A stretch of DNA of 64,000 nt from Spirochaetia bacterium. Lineage in GTDB: Bacteria > Spirochaetota > Spirochaetia > SZUA-6 > Bin103. The stretch lies in NCBI GenBank assembly GCA_965198005.1, contig CBDAOI010000004.1:1799257-1863256 (forward strand), read 5' to 3'. The position numbers were made by a program, and so were the translations under genes. The notes below the pieces were generated by a model. The model searched no databases. It had not been told where the DNA came from and saw only the letters and a list, made by a program, of their open reading frames with translations. Each line of letters begins with the position of its first letter. Within the stretch, counting starts at the first letter, position 1. Below, one piece after another: positions 26,494 through 36,020 of the stretch.

Positions 26494-28149
26494 ATGACCG
26501 GTTTCGAATACATCGTCCGTATCCTCCAGGAAGAGGGGATCGAGTGGCTCGCCTGTTTCCCCAGCAACCCGATTATCGACCACGCCGCGCTGCGCGGGCT
26601 GCGGCCCGTGATGTTCCGCCACGAGCGCGGCGCCGTGATGGCGGCGGACGGCTACAGCCGCACCAGCAGCCGCCGGCGGTTCGGCGTGGTGGCCGTGCAG
26701 GCGCAGGCGGGCGCGGAGAACTCGGTGGGCGGGCTGGCCCAGGCGGCCGCCGACAACGTGCCGATCCTGTTCCTGGTGGCAGGCAACCCGCTCAACCGCG
26801 TCACGCGGCCGAACTTCTCGGCCGCCCGGGTCTATCCGGACGTGGCCAAGTCGGTGGAGACGGTGCTGCGCATCGACGAGCTGGCCAACGTGATGCGGCG
26901 GGCGTTCCACGCGCTGCGCAGCGGGCCGCCGGGACCGGTGGTGGTGGAGGTGTCGGAGGACGTGTGCGCGCAGGAGGTGCCGCCCGCGGCCTGCAACTAC
27001 CGCTCGCCGCGGCCCGCCCGCCAGGCGCCCGCCGCGGCCGACGTGGCCGCCGCCGCCGCCTTGCTGCGCGATGCCAAGCGGCCGGCAATCTGGGCGGGCG
27101 CCGGGGTGCTGGCGGCCCAGGCCAGCGCCGACCTGGTGCGGCTGGCGGAGCTGCTGCCGGCGCCGGTGTTCTGCACCATGCCCGGCAAGTCGGCCATGCC
27201 CGAGACCCATCCGCTGGCGCTCGGCGCCGGCAGCAGGGCGACCACGCTGCCCGCGCGCCGCTGGCTGACCGAGTGCGACGTGCTGCTCGCGGTCGGCGCC
27301 AGCCTCACGCGCACGTTCTACGCCCAGCCCGTGCCGCCCGCGGCGACGCTGATTCATAACAGCATCGACCCGGCGGACGTCAACAAGGACGAGGCGGCTG
27401 CGGTCGGGCTGGTGGGGGACGCCGGACTCACCCTGCAGGCGCTGATCGCCGAGCTGCAGGACGGCGCCGCCGGAGCCGCCGCGAATGCCGACGCGGTGGA
27501 GCGGCTGGCGGCGGAGGTGGCCGCGACGCGCGCGCAGTGGATGGCCACCTGGGGCCCGATTCTCACCTCCGACGAGCAGCCGCTCAGCTACTACCGGGTG
27601 GTGCACGCCCTGAACGAGGTGCTGGATGCGGACGCGAGCATCGTCACCCACGACGCCGGCGCGCCGCGCGACTGTCTGGTACCCTTCTACCGCGCCACGG
27701 TCCCGTACAGCTACGTGGGGTGGGGGAAGACCACCCACCTGGGGTTCGGCCTGCCGCTCGTGATCGGGGCCAAGCTGGCCCACCCGGACAAGTTCTGCCT
27801 GAACGTGATGGGCGATGGCGCGTTCGGGATGTCCGGCCTGGACCTGGAGACGGCGGTGCGGGCGCAGATCCCGATCACCACCGTGCTGCTGCGCAACCGC
27901 GCCATGGCCACCTACGCCGCCCGCCTCGCCGATCCGCTGTGGCAGGCGGCGCTGGCCGCCGGCGTGGGCACCTTCGGCGGCGACTATGCCGGCGTGGCGG
28001 AGTCGCTCGGCGGCACCGGGATCAGGGTGCGCACCGCCCCCGAGCTGCACGCCGCGCTGGAGCAGGCCCAGCGCCTGAACGCCGCCGGCACCACCGTGCT
28101 GATCGACGTCGAGACCAACGTGGAGGCCCGCCGCTCCCCGGACGGCTAG
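26494..28149 (+). CDS. thiamine-diphosphate-dependent enzyme (acetolactate synthase-like)
   Basis: RHERGAVMAADGY; GDGAFGM...N. Confidence 0.9.
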   Translation: MTGFEYIVRILQEEGIEWLACFPSNPIIDHAALRGLRPVMFRHERGAVMAADGYSRTSSRRRFGVVAVQAQAGAENSVGGLAQAAADNVPILFLVAGNPLNRVTRPNFSAARVYPDVAKSVETVLRIDELANVMRRAFHALRSGPPGPVVVEVSEDVCAQEVPPAACNYRSPRPARQAPAAADVAAAAALLRDAKRPAIWAGAGVLAAQASADLVRLAELLPAPVFCTMPGKSAMPETHPLALGAGSRATTLPARRWLTECDVLLAVGASLTRTFYAQPVPPAATLIHNSIDPADVNKDEAAAVGLVGDAGLTLQALIAELQDGAAGAAANADAVERLAAEVAATRAQWMATWGPILTSDEQPLSYYRVVHALNEVLDADASIVTHDAGAPRDCLVPFYRATVPYSYVGWGKTTHLGFGLPLVIGAKLAHPDKFCLNVMGDGAFGMSGLDLETAVRAQIPITTVLLRNRAMATYAARLADPLWQAALAAGVGTFGGDYAGVAESLGGTGIRVRTAPELHAALEQAQRLNAAGTTVLIDVETNVEARRSPDG

Positions 28150-28180
28150 CGCCGTAGTGCGGCATTGCGGTATGCTCGGC

Positions 28181-28209
28181 TTGACCGTCCGGCGTCACGG
28201 GGGTAAACT
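28181..28209 (+). promoter_or_regulatory. sigma70 promoter TTGACC-17-TAAACT
   Basis: Near-consensus boxes with exact 17-nt spacing and no credible downstream CDS. Confidence 0.7.
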
Positions 28210-28215
28210 TCAGTC

Positions 28216-28493
28216 ATAGGTTTCGCGCGGATATCGAAATCCCGGTGCTTCGTGCACTGCGGAGTGGAGATTCCCTTGCGGAGTTCCTGACCTTGATGTG
28301 TTGCGTCAAGTCAAGGAGCGCGGTCAAGAGGCCAGAGCGAGGACCTGGACGGGCCCGTCCTCTCCTCGTTAGCTAGCTTGGCTTAAAGGCGTGGAGACGA
28401 GAGATTGCGCAAAAATTTTTGTTAACGCGCATCCGTCGCTAACCTTGGCAACGAAGAATAGAGTAGCCGCGTCTTTTCTGGCGCGGCTATTTT
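28216..28493 (+). ncRNA. candidate structured non-coding RNA (about 275 nt), family unknown
   Basis: Promoter upstream, consecutive hairpins with G-U pairs valid on the + strand, terminator downstream. Confidence 0.55.
28464..28493 (+). terminator. intrinsic terminator, possibly bidirectional
   Basis: TAGCCGCGTC-ttttct-GGCGCGGCTA followed by TTTT. Confidence 0.7.
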
Positions 28494-29381
28494 CTATCTC
28501 ACGTTGTCGTTCGGTGCAACGTTCACGTGCAACCGACCTGCGGGAATACTCTGAGGCTCGTGGCAGCCCGGGAAGGTCATGTGCCTCCGCGGTATTTCGC
28601 AGTCGTAGTGAAAGCGTGGATCAAAGGATACGCCGAACCGCAGTCGACCTCGTATCACGCATGACGAATCGTGGGTTCCATCACGCCAGAGCGGAGCCAA
28701 ACCATGGCGGCTAATTTTTCCGGGACACTTGAATACGACGTTGCCATCTCCGACAAAGTACTTTCGTTCGCGCTTGCGAAGCAGGGAGGATACGTGCTTC
28801 AGGCTCTTTCTGAACTTGTCTTCTCCTTCTCGGTTTCGGACAGCCTGCCGTATTGGTTCACGGATATCAGAAAACGCATTTCCGAACGTCTTTGGCGGGA
28901 GCAAGAGGCATGTCCTGTTGTCCCGATTCGTTACTTCTTCGGCAATCACATGTAGCAATCCCCGCGTTTGTCGGAGGGCTCGATTGATCTCCTTGATCCA
29001 CATGTTCATTATTCGATTGCGTTGGTTGGACGTGACCATTCTCATGCTGCCCATACTTTTGACGTGCAGCGGCAAGAGGAGGGCCTCAAGGCCGAATCCA
29101 TGAAGCAACCTGCTGTCGCTCCCGTCAGATTCTTCGGCGTAGAGGACAATGAGGTTCGCATTGGTCAATAGGTTCTCGCGCTGCGCAGGCTGATGCTGCC
29201 TAAGTTCGCATGCAACGCGTTCATACAGCTTCGAGACGTAATCGTCGGTGTAACGTTCCGGATATGGAAGACCTCGCAAGGGAAGGAACACTTCCGGACG
29301 TGTCTTCCGGAGAGGAGCAGCGAGACGGTCCAGGATCGCAGGCTGAACGCCCGCTATCACAACGTAGACCTTCCGCTTCAC
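28494..29381 (-). CDS. hypothetical protein with His/Cys-rich C-terminal motifs
   Basis: 295-aa lower-GC ORF; LLLPPKTF, RH, H..C...RFG...FHYDC...CH...HVNVAPND. Confidence 0.75.
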   Translation of the reverse strand: MKRKVYVVIAGVQPAILDRLAAPLRKTRPEVFLPLRGLPYPERYTDDYVSKLYERVACELRQHQPAQRENLLTNANLIVLYAEESDGSDSRLLHGFGLEALLLPLHVKSMGSMRMVTSNQRNRIMNMWIKEINRALRQTRGLLHVIAEEVTNRDNRTCLLLPPKTFGNAFSDIREPIRQAVRNREGEDKFRKSLKHVSSLLRKRERKYFVGDGNVVFKCPGKISRHGLAPLWRDGTHDSSCVIRGRLRFGVSFDPRFHYDCEIPRRHMTFPGCHEPQSIPAGRLHVNVAPNDNVR

Positions 29382-30070
29382 GGAGACTGCCGCCGCAATT
29401 TGGAAACTACGTCTAGTGGCATAGTGACTCGTTCAAGTTCGCTGGTTTCGAGAGTATCCAATAATCGGTCGAGCAGATCACGGGGTTGTTCGGTTGACTT
29501 TCCCGAACTCAGATAGATTCTTGATTCAATTCCAGAGCGATCAAGCCAGTCCTGTGCCGCCTGCTGAACGTGGTTGGAGTCAGCCTCCGGACCCACTATG
29601 TATTCTCGCTGTATTTCTACGAATCCATCCGGTTTCTCAGCCGAAGCTGAATCTCGAAATCGCACGGGTTCATGGATGCTTATGAAACGGCTCTCGCATT
29701 TGTCTATCGGTTTGCGAAATGCGGCCCAGAAAGCGGGGTGGAAACGCAGCACCGTGTTTGCCGTCTTGCTCTGCGTTTTCTCCAGCAGAATGTCGCCCCC
29801 CCCTTCTTCAAGCAAGTCCACGCCCATCGGTATAGCTCCGACCAACTGGCTCTTTGATTGATGTTGCACGACTCGCACTTGATCGGAAAGGTGACGTTCC
29901 AAGTATTCCCGCAAGCTGCTCGAGTATTGTCTCGTAAGCTTGGATATTTCTCCATCGTCTTGAAGCCCCAGACGGCTCAAGAGCAGGGGCACCCTGTTGG
30001 TTTCCCAGTACTCGGTAACCGACCGAATGATACGACGGTTGAGATCGTCAGTACTCATGTTCGTCACCAT
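29378..30070 (-). CDS. hypothetical protein, N-terminus weakly OST-HTH/LOTUS-like
   Basis: 230 aa; PLLLSRLG...SLREYLE..L...VRV; GTGA overlap with the downstream gene. Confidence 0.7.
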   Translation of the reverse strand: MVTNMSTDDLNRRIIRSVTEYWETNRVPLLLSRLGLQDDGEISKLTRQYSSSLREYLERHLSDQVRVVQHQSKSQLVGAIPMGVDLLEEGGGDILLEKTQSKTANTVLRFHPAFWAAFRKPIDKCESRFISIHEPVRFRDSASAEKPDGFVEIQREYIVGPEADSNHVQQAAQDWLDRSGIESRIYLSSGKSTEQPRDLLDRLLDTLETSELERVTMPLDVVSKLRRQSP

Positions 30071-30078
30071 ATCGGTAG

Positions 30079-30087
30079 ATTATACCA
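30079..30087 (-). promoter_or_regulatory. perfect extended -10 TGGTATAAT
   Basis: 8 nt upstream of the ATG at 30070. Confidence 0.65.
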
Positions 30088-30129
30088 CGTCCTATCACAG
30101 TTTGGTAGCGAAGGTAGCGAAGGGCTAGC

Positions 30130-30915
30130 CTAGTGCATGGTGGAGCCGCCGGAGAGGTTGAGGGACTGGCCGGTCATGCCGCGGGCGTCGTCGGAGGCGA
30201 GGTAGACGGCCAGGCCGGCGATCTCGTCTGGTTCGAGCAGGCGGCCGATGGGGTTTGCGTCGGCCTCGCGCTGGGCGAGCGTCACGCCGCTCAGTTCCGC
30301 TTCGAACTGGAGCCGCCGCATCAGCATCACGGTGCGCGTGGCGCCCGGGCAGATGGCGTTGATCGTGACGCCGCGGCCGGCGGTTTCCAGCGCCGCGGTG
30401 CGCGTGAGCCCGATCAGGGCGTGCTTGGTCGCGGTGTAGGCGCCGGCTGCCACCAAGCCGCGCTTGCCGGCCACCGACGCCATGTTGATCACCCGGCCCC
30501 AGCCGCGTTCCGCCATCGCCGGCACCAGCGCCTTGGTCAGGAGGTAGGGCGCGGTGAGGTTGATCGCGATGCTCAAGTCCCAGAAGTCGTCGTCGTAGTC
30601 CACGATCCGGCGCGGGTTCGAGCTGCTGCCGAGCCCGGCGTTGTTGACCAGGATGTCCACCGCCGGGAAGTGGCGGGCCACGCGCTCCGGCAACCCGATC
30701 GTGGCCGCGCGGTCGCTCAGATCGACCGCCAGCGCCACCGCCGAGCGGCCCAGGGCGGTGACCTCGGCCGCGACTTGCTCGATCTCGGCGACGGTGCGCG
30801 CGGTCACCGCCACGTCCGCCCCTTCGCGCGCGAATGCCAGCGCGATGGCGCGTCCGATGCCGCGTCCGGCGCCGGTCACCAGCGCCACCCGGTTCTGCAA
30901 TTTCATACCACTCAT
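30130..30915 (-). CDS. SDR family oxidoreductase
   Basis: TGAGRGIG, NNAG, YTATK. Confidence 0.95.
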   Translation of the reverse strand: MSGMKLQNRVALVTGAGRGIGRAIALAFAREGADVAVTARTVAEIEQVAAEVTALGRSAVALAVDLSDRAATIGLPERVARHFPAVDILVNNAGLGSSSNPRRIVDYDDDFWDLSIAINLTAPYLLTKALVPAMAERGWGRVINMASVAGKRGLVAAGAYTATKHALIGLTRTAALETAGRGVTINAICPGATRTVMLMRRLQFEAELSGVTLAQREADANPIGRLLEPDEIAGLAVYLASDDARGMTGQSLNLSGGSTMH

Positions 30916-30986
30916 TGAGTCGTATTCTCGGCAATCCTACATCGGCGGTAAAGGGCGGACGGGAGCAAGGGAAGCGGGCGGGGCGG

Positions 30987-32924
30987 TCAGGAGCGAGTGG
31001 CTGCTGCTGCCGAGGCGGCGGCGGCAGCCGCGGTGCCGTCGAAGTGGGTGAGCGCCCGCTCGAACGCGGCGATGCCGATGCTGGCGCCGAGACGGCGGCC
31101 CGGCAGGTCGTCCACGCGCGGATGGATGCCGCCGTACAGGCGCGAGATCGCGGCCTCGTCGGCGGCGTCGTAGTAGGTCGCCCACTGCATGGTGAGGGTC
31201 TCGGTCGGGCCCGACTCGAAGGCCAGAAAGTCGTGCGCGGGGGCGACGAACTCGCCCAGGCCGCCGGGAAAGAACTCGCTGCCGGTGAAGTTGGCCAGCA
31301 CCTCCGCCGCCGCGCGGCTGAACGTGCTGTGACCCGACACGTAGCCGGCGAAGGGTGGGGTGACGAAGCTGTCGCGCTGGTACGGGACCCAGTCGACCGC
31401 CCGCATCCAGCCGACGCCGCCGTAGGAATCGGGGTCGTCCGGCTTGCCGCGCCAAGCCAGGGCCGCGACCTCGCCCACGAATCCCGCCAAGTGCTCGTGG
31501 CGCTCGCCCGGCGCCGCGCTGTCGGCGGTGATCAACTCCACCAGCCCCGGTTCCAGCGGCAGGCCGTGCGGGTGGTAGGCGGGCAGCTCCGAGTCGGATG
31601 ACTGACCCAGTTCCGCCATCCGGCGGATCGCGGTGATCGGCCGCACGTAGTCGTAGTGGCCCTTGATGCCCCAGGCGCAGATCGCGGCATCGTGCACCGC
31701 GCCGTTGAGCGCGAGATAGAGCTTGACGTCCCATTCCAGCGGGTCGAGCACGGGGCCGGTGCCGCCGAGGCGCCGTTCCAGCAGCGGGTGGTCGGTGACG
31801 TAGTTGGCCAGGGTGTTCCAATGCCCGGGCGGCAGCTCCGATTCGGGTCCGTCGGCCCAGAACTCGGCGATGCCCCGGGTCCAGTCGCCGCGCTTGACGA
31901 CGTTGGGGGCATACGGCTGACCGGTGACCGGGTTCAGCGGACGGCCGGTGCCGTCGTTGGCGCCGAGGCTGTTGTTGCCGTGCGCGCCGGGCGAGATGTC
32001 GATCAGCACGCCGTCGTCGGGGGTGAGGGTGGCGCCGTAGCGGATCACCTCGGTGAACACCTCCTGGTACTCGGCGCTGCCCTCGCCGCCGAGTTGGGGG
32101 GGCGGTCCCGGGTCGTAGTACACGCCGGGGGCGCCGCGATCGCCGGCCGGCAGCGCGAACGGGATGACGTGCCCCCAGTGCGAGCCGACGAACCGTTGCA
32201 CCGATCCGGGCTCCACGTTGCCCGCTTGGTCGATGCGCAGGGCCAACGACAGCGGCTGCCAGCGGTTGGGATCGACTACGCCGCCGGTGCCCGGGTTCGC
32301 CACCACCAGCGGGGCATTGACCGGAACGTAGCCGTACTCGAAGGCGTAGGTGCCGAGCTCGTCCGCGCCGTCGTCGTAGCCGTGGTCGAGCACCAGCTTG
32401 GCGATGCGGTTGCCCACCGCCGCCGGATCGTCGCCCTCCAGCCGGACGTCGGTGTAGTCGTAGCCGAACGAGTCGAACAGCTCGTCGAACCTGGGCACCG
32501 TGAGGTAGGCGCCGGGCGAGATCAGGTAGCGCGCGTACAGCACGCGGTAGGCGGCGTAGCTGATCGCTTCGTGGCGGGCGGCGGCTACGTCGTCGGCGGT
32601 CACGCGCCAGTCGGCCAGCACCGGCTGCGCGTGCTCGTCGTACACCGCCCAGGCGTCCCACATCGCCACCGACACGTGGTAGAGGTTGCGCGCGTGAATC
32701 GTGGGAAACGCGTAGTCCTTGCGGATGGCCTGCAACTGCAGCTCGTTCCACTGGCGCGCGATCGAGTGCGGCTCGGCGCCCAGCGGCGTCGCGATGGCGG
32801 CCGCCAGCAGCAGCCCGGCGCCGCGCCAGGCCCGGCGACCGCACCGCGCGGCCCCGCAGGCGGCGGTCATCGTCGGAGTCGCGCCGCCGCCAACGCGGCG
32901 CCTCCCGGTTCCCGCGTACCGCAT
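30987..32924 (-). CDS. vanadium-dependent haloperoxidase-like (PAP2 superfamily), probably secreted
   Basis: K....RP, TPPFAGYVSGHSTFS, SRLYGGIH; hydrophobic signal-like segment; start codon uncertain. Confidence 0.8.
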   Translation of the reverse strand: MRYAGTGRRRVGGGATPTMTAACGAARCGRRAWRGAGLLLAAAIATPLGAEPHSIARQWNELQLQAIRKDYAFPTIHARNLYHVSVAMWDAWAVYDEHAQPVLADWRVTADDVAAARHEAISYAAYRVLYARYLISPGAYLTVPRFDELFDSFGYDYTDVRLEGDDPAAVGNRIAKLVLDHGYDDGADELGTYAFEYGYVPVNAPLVVANPGTGGVVDPNRWQPLSLALRIDQAGNVEPGSVQRFVGSHWGHVIPFALPAGDRGAPGVYYDPGPPPQLGGEGSAEYQEVFTEVIRYGATLTPDDGVLIDISPGAHGNNSLGANDGTGRPLNPVTGQPYAPNVVKRGDWTRGIAEFWADGPESELPPGHWNTLANYVTDHPLLERRLGGTGPVLDPLEWDVKLYLALNGAVHDAAICAWGIKGHYDYVRPITAIRRMAELGQSSDSELPAYHPHGLPLEPGLVELITADSAAPGERHEHLAGFVGEVAALAWRGKPDDPDSYGGVGWMRAVDWVPYQRDSFVTPPFAGYVSGHSTFSRAAAEVLANFTGSEFFPGGLGEFVAPAHDFLAFESGPTETLTMQWATYYDAADEAAISRLYGGIHPRVDDLPGRRLGASIGIAAFERALTHFDGTAAAAAASAAAATRS

Positions 32925-33103
32925 TTGGCCATTCTATCAGCGGGTGGCGAGAGTTGCCAACTGGAGATAGCATACTTTCTCATTGCCCCCGATGGGCCGA
33001 CATCGTATTCTCCCTGGTGGAAGTCCCGGTCCTTTGCGGGCTACGAGCCGACGGACCGGGATGAGTTCGTCGTGAGATGTTCCCTGTTACAAGGAGAGGA
33101 AGA

Positions 33104-33949
33104 ATGAGAGACATCAAAGATAAAGTCGCAGTGATCACCGGCGCGGGGCGCGGCATCGGCCGCGGGATCGCCCTCCACTGCGCCAAGCAAGGGATGAAGG
33201 TTGTTTTGGCCGGATTCGGGATGGAATCGCTCACCAAGACCGCCGCCGACCTGGAGGCGCTGGGGGCCGAGACGCTGATCGTCCAGACGGATGTATCCCA
33301 GGTAGAACAGGTGGAAAATCTGGCAGCAGCCACGATCGAAGCCTTTGGGCAGGTCGACCTGCTGGTGAACAACGCCGGGGTCGCGCAGCCGGGCAAGACA
33401 CTGGAGATCACACTGGACGACTGGAACTGGGTAATGGGGGTCAATTTTTACGGGGTGCTCTATGGCCTGCGTGCATTCGTCCCCCGCATGATCAAACGGA
33501 AGCAGCCCAGTCATGTGGTCAATGTCTCATCCCTTTCCGGCGTGCTCCCGGGGGGCGGGTCGTATGGGGTCTCGAAACATGCAGTGGTGGTCCTGACCGA
33601 GTCGCTCTATCACGATTTGGCCGAGTCGGCGCCCCACGTCAAGGTTTCGGTGCTCTGCCCGGGATGGGTGGCGACCGAGTTTTACCGCGTGGATCAATCT
33701 CGTCCGGAGCGTTTCAAAGGGGAGACGACCGAGGTGACCGAGAAGCACCGGGAGAATTGGCGCGGGTGGCTGGCCGCAGGAATCACGACTGACCAGGCGG
33801 CGCAGATCCTCTTCGACGGCCTGGCGCAAGACCAGCTGTACATCGGCCTCCAGGGCTTCCGGGAAGCGGGACAGGATGTCGGAGAAAAGGTCAAGAACCG
33901 GGCTGAGAATATTGTCCAGGAGAAGAACCCGCTTATCTCGTCATCCTGA
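33104..33949 (+). CDS. SDR family oxidoreductase
   Basis: TGAGRGIG, NNAG, YGVSK; GAGGA RBS. Confidence 0.9.
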   Translation: MRDIKDKVAVITGAGRGIGRGIALHCAKQGMKVVLAGFGMESLTKTAADLEALGAETLIVQTDVSQVEQVENLAAATIEAFGQVDLLVNNAGVAQPGKTLEITLDDWNWVMGVNFYGVLYGLRAFVPRMIKRKQPSHVVNVSSLSGVLPGGGSYGVSKHAVVVLTESLYHDLAESAPHVKVSVLCPGWVATEFYRVDQSRPERFKGETTEVTEKHRENWRGWLAAGITTDQAAQILFDGLAQDQLYIGLQGFREAGQDVGEKVKNRAENIVQEKNPLISSS

Positions 33950-34121
33950 GCGGCGAGGCACTAGCCGCCACGTCGGCGCGCTCACCCGCCGACAGCGTGG
34001 CCCAAATGGAAGGTCACACGGACGAACCCGTTACGTTCATCTTGCATGAGTTCCGGCTCCGTACCGTTGAACTCGCGCATTTCTCGCTGCATGATCAGCC
34101 AGCCGTGATGTTGCAGCGCGG

Positions 34122-35444
34122 CTACTGTCTGTTCCGACCAGGCTTCATTTCGATGCATGCGGGCGATGCGTTGACGGTGGCGTCCGCGGCGGCGGTCTCG
34201 GCCGTTGCGTCAGGCGGCGGGTCCGGCGCGGCCGGGGTCAGGCAGGCGCGGTTCAGCGCGCCGACGGTGGTGCAGCCGATCAGGGCCATGGTGCGCGCCA
34301 GCTCTTCCGCCAGCAGGGCGATGGCGTGGTCCACCCCCGCCTCGCCGGCGGCGCCGAGGCCGTAGAGATAGGGGCGCCCGGTCATGCAGGCGGCGGCGCC
34401 GAGCGCCACGGCCTTGGCGATGTCGCCGCCGCGGCGCACGCCGCCGTCGCAGATCACCGCCGCCCGGCCGCCGAGGGCGTCGGCTACCGGCGCCACCAGG
34501 TCGAGCGTGGCGGGCGAGCCTTCGAGCTGGCGGCCGCCGTGATTGGACAGGACGACCGCGGCGCAGCCGTGTTCGACCGCCAGCCGGGCGTCGGCCACGG
34601 TCTGGATGCCCTTGACCAGCAGCGGCCCGTCCCAGATCGAACGCAGCCACTCCAGGTCGCGCCAACTGCAGGTGGGGTCGAACTGGGACGCGATGTAACT
34701 GGACAGCGCCACCGGCGTGGACCCATCGGCGGCGCCGCGGCCGGCGAAGCAGGCGAAGGTGATCGGCTCGGCGCGGATGAAGCGCCAGGTCCACCCCGGG
34801 TGGCGGATGCCGTCGAGCAGCGTGCCGAGCCCGAGTTGCGGCGGCAGCGCGAGGCCGTGGCGGACGTCGCGTTCGCGCCGGCCTGCCACGGGCGTGTCGG
34901 CGGTGAGCATGAGCGCGCCGTACCCGGCGTCGGCGGCGCGCTGGACCAGCTCCCGCACCAGGCCCCGGTCGCGCAGCATGTAGAGCTGGAACCAGAGGTC
35001 GCCGGCGCCGGCCGCCGCCACCTCCTCGATCGAGCGCGTGCCCACGGTCGACAGGCAGTAGGGGATGCCGGCGCGGACGGCCGCGCGCGCCGGCGCCAGC
35101 TCGCCGTCCGGGTGGGCGATCCGCGTGAAGCCGGTGGGGGCGAGCACCAGCGGCAGCGCCAGCCGGCGCCCGAGCAGGGTGGTGCCGGTGTCCACCCGCG
35201 ACACGTCGCGCAGCACGCGCGGCGCCCAGCACCGGCGCCGGTAGGCGGCGCAGTTGGCGCGCATGCTCACCTCGTCCTCGGCGCCGCCGTCGACGTAGTC
35301 GAACACGCCGCGCGGCAACCGCCGCTGCGCCATCCTCCGCAGGTCCGCCACGTTGAGCGCCCGCCGCCGCAGCCACTCCTGCCGGTCGCGCGCTCGCCTC
35401 CGCAGCCGAAACACCGCCCGCAACGAGTGCAGGTCAGGAGTCAA
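34122..35444 (-). CDS. FMN-dependent alpha-hydroxy acid oxidase/dehydrogenase (LldD-like)
   Basis: FDYVDGGAEDE, SNHGGRQ, DGGVRRG; start codon uncertain. Confidence 0.9.
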   Translation of the reverse strand: MTPDLHSLRAVFRLRRRARDRQEWLRRRALNVADLRRMAQRRLPRGVFDYVDGGAEDEVSMRANCAAYRRRCWAPRVLRDVSRVDTGTTLLGRRLALPLVLAPTGFTRIAHPDGELAPARAAVRAGIPYCLSTVGTRSIEEVAAAGAGDLWFQLYMLRDRGLVRELVQRAADAGYGALMLTADTPVAGRRERDVRHGLALPPQLGLGTLLDGIRHPGWTWRFIRAEPITFACFAGRGAADGSTPVALSSYIASQFDPTCSWRDLEWLRSIWDGPLLVKGIQTVADARLAVEHGCAAVVLSNHGGRQLEGSPATLDLVAPVADALGGRAAVICDGGVRRGGDIAKAVALGAAACMTGRPYLYGLGAAGEAGVDHAIALLAEELARTMALIGCTTVGALNRACLTPAAPDPPPDATAETAAADATVNASPACIEMKPGRNRQ

Positions 35445-35992
35445 CTGACGAATTGAGTGAGCCTGGGGTATTCACGACACGCCTCTTTCAGAGATGGGGG
35501 TGCGAAACGATCAAGCCGTTGTGTTTCTTGGCACATGCGATGCAGCTCGTCTGCGAGACGGCGAACGTCTTTCTGCTTCAGATTCCGTAACTGTGGTTTG
35601 TAGTCCTGCTCCTCATCGACTTGGATTCCATCGCCGAGGTACTTGAGCCACGTTTCGATGTTTCGTTTTGGGATGGCTACGATTACCCGATCATCCGGTT
35701 GTCGCCGGGGAACGTGCTTTCTGTCGCATTCTTGATCCAACTTTGAACGTCTGGAGGCCGTCGAGATTGTATCCGCATCAGTCACCAGGAGCAGAACCGT
35801 CCTTTGTCGGTGTCGAATGGCCTGCAATTCTTGGGGGAAGCGCTCTCTTACCCACTGTTCTCCGGATCCCGTAGGACCGGGAAGAGGCAGACTATGAATG
35901 TCATGACGGCCAAAGTTGCGATGTCTCAGAAACCGACGGACGAAGCCCTCGGTTCGCATGTCTTCGCAGAGCAAGACTACTCTTGTCGCCAT
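35441..35992 (-). CDS. TOPRIM-like protein (DUF4276/RloB-like), partner of the ATPase
   Basis: LLCED, VTDAD, IETW. Confidence 0.6.
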   Translation of the reverse strand: MATRVVLLCEDMRTEGFVRRFLRHRNFGRHDIHSLPLPGPTGSGEQWVRERFPQELQAIRHRQRTVLLLVTDADTISTASRRSKLDQECDRKHVPRRQPDDRVIVAIPKRNIETWLKYLGDGIQVDEEQDYKPQLRNLKQKDVRRLADELHRMCQETQRLDRFAPPSLKEACREYPRLTQFVS

Positions 35993-36020
35993 TCGTCCGG
36001 TCCACGCTCAATGTTCCGGA

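Noticed and set aside
28180-28328. Retron msr-msd suggested by the inverted repeat CTTGACCG/CGGTCAAG
   Set aside because: No reverse transcriptase in the cassette, and the left arm coincides with the predicted -35 box
28391-28714. 107-aa plus-strand ORF as the product of the 28181 promoter
   Set aside because: Crosses the terminator, overlaps the 295-aa gene antisense, and has no motif
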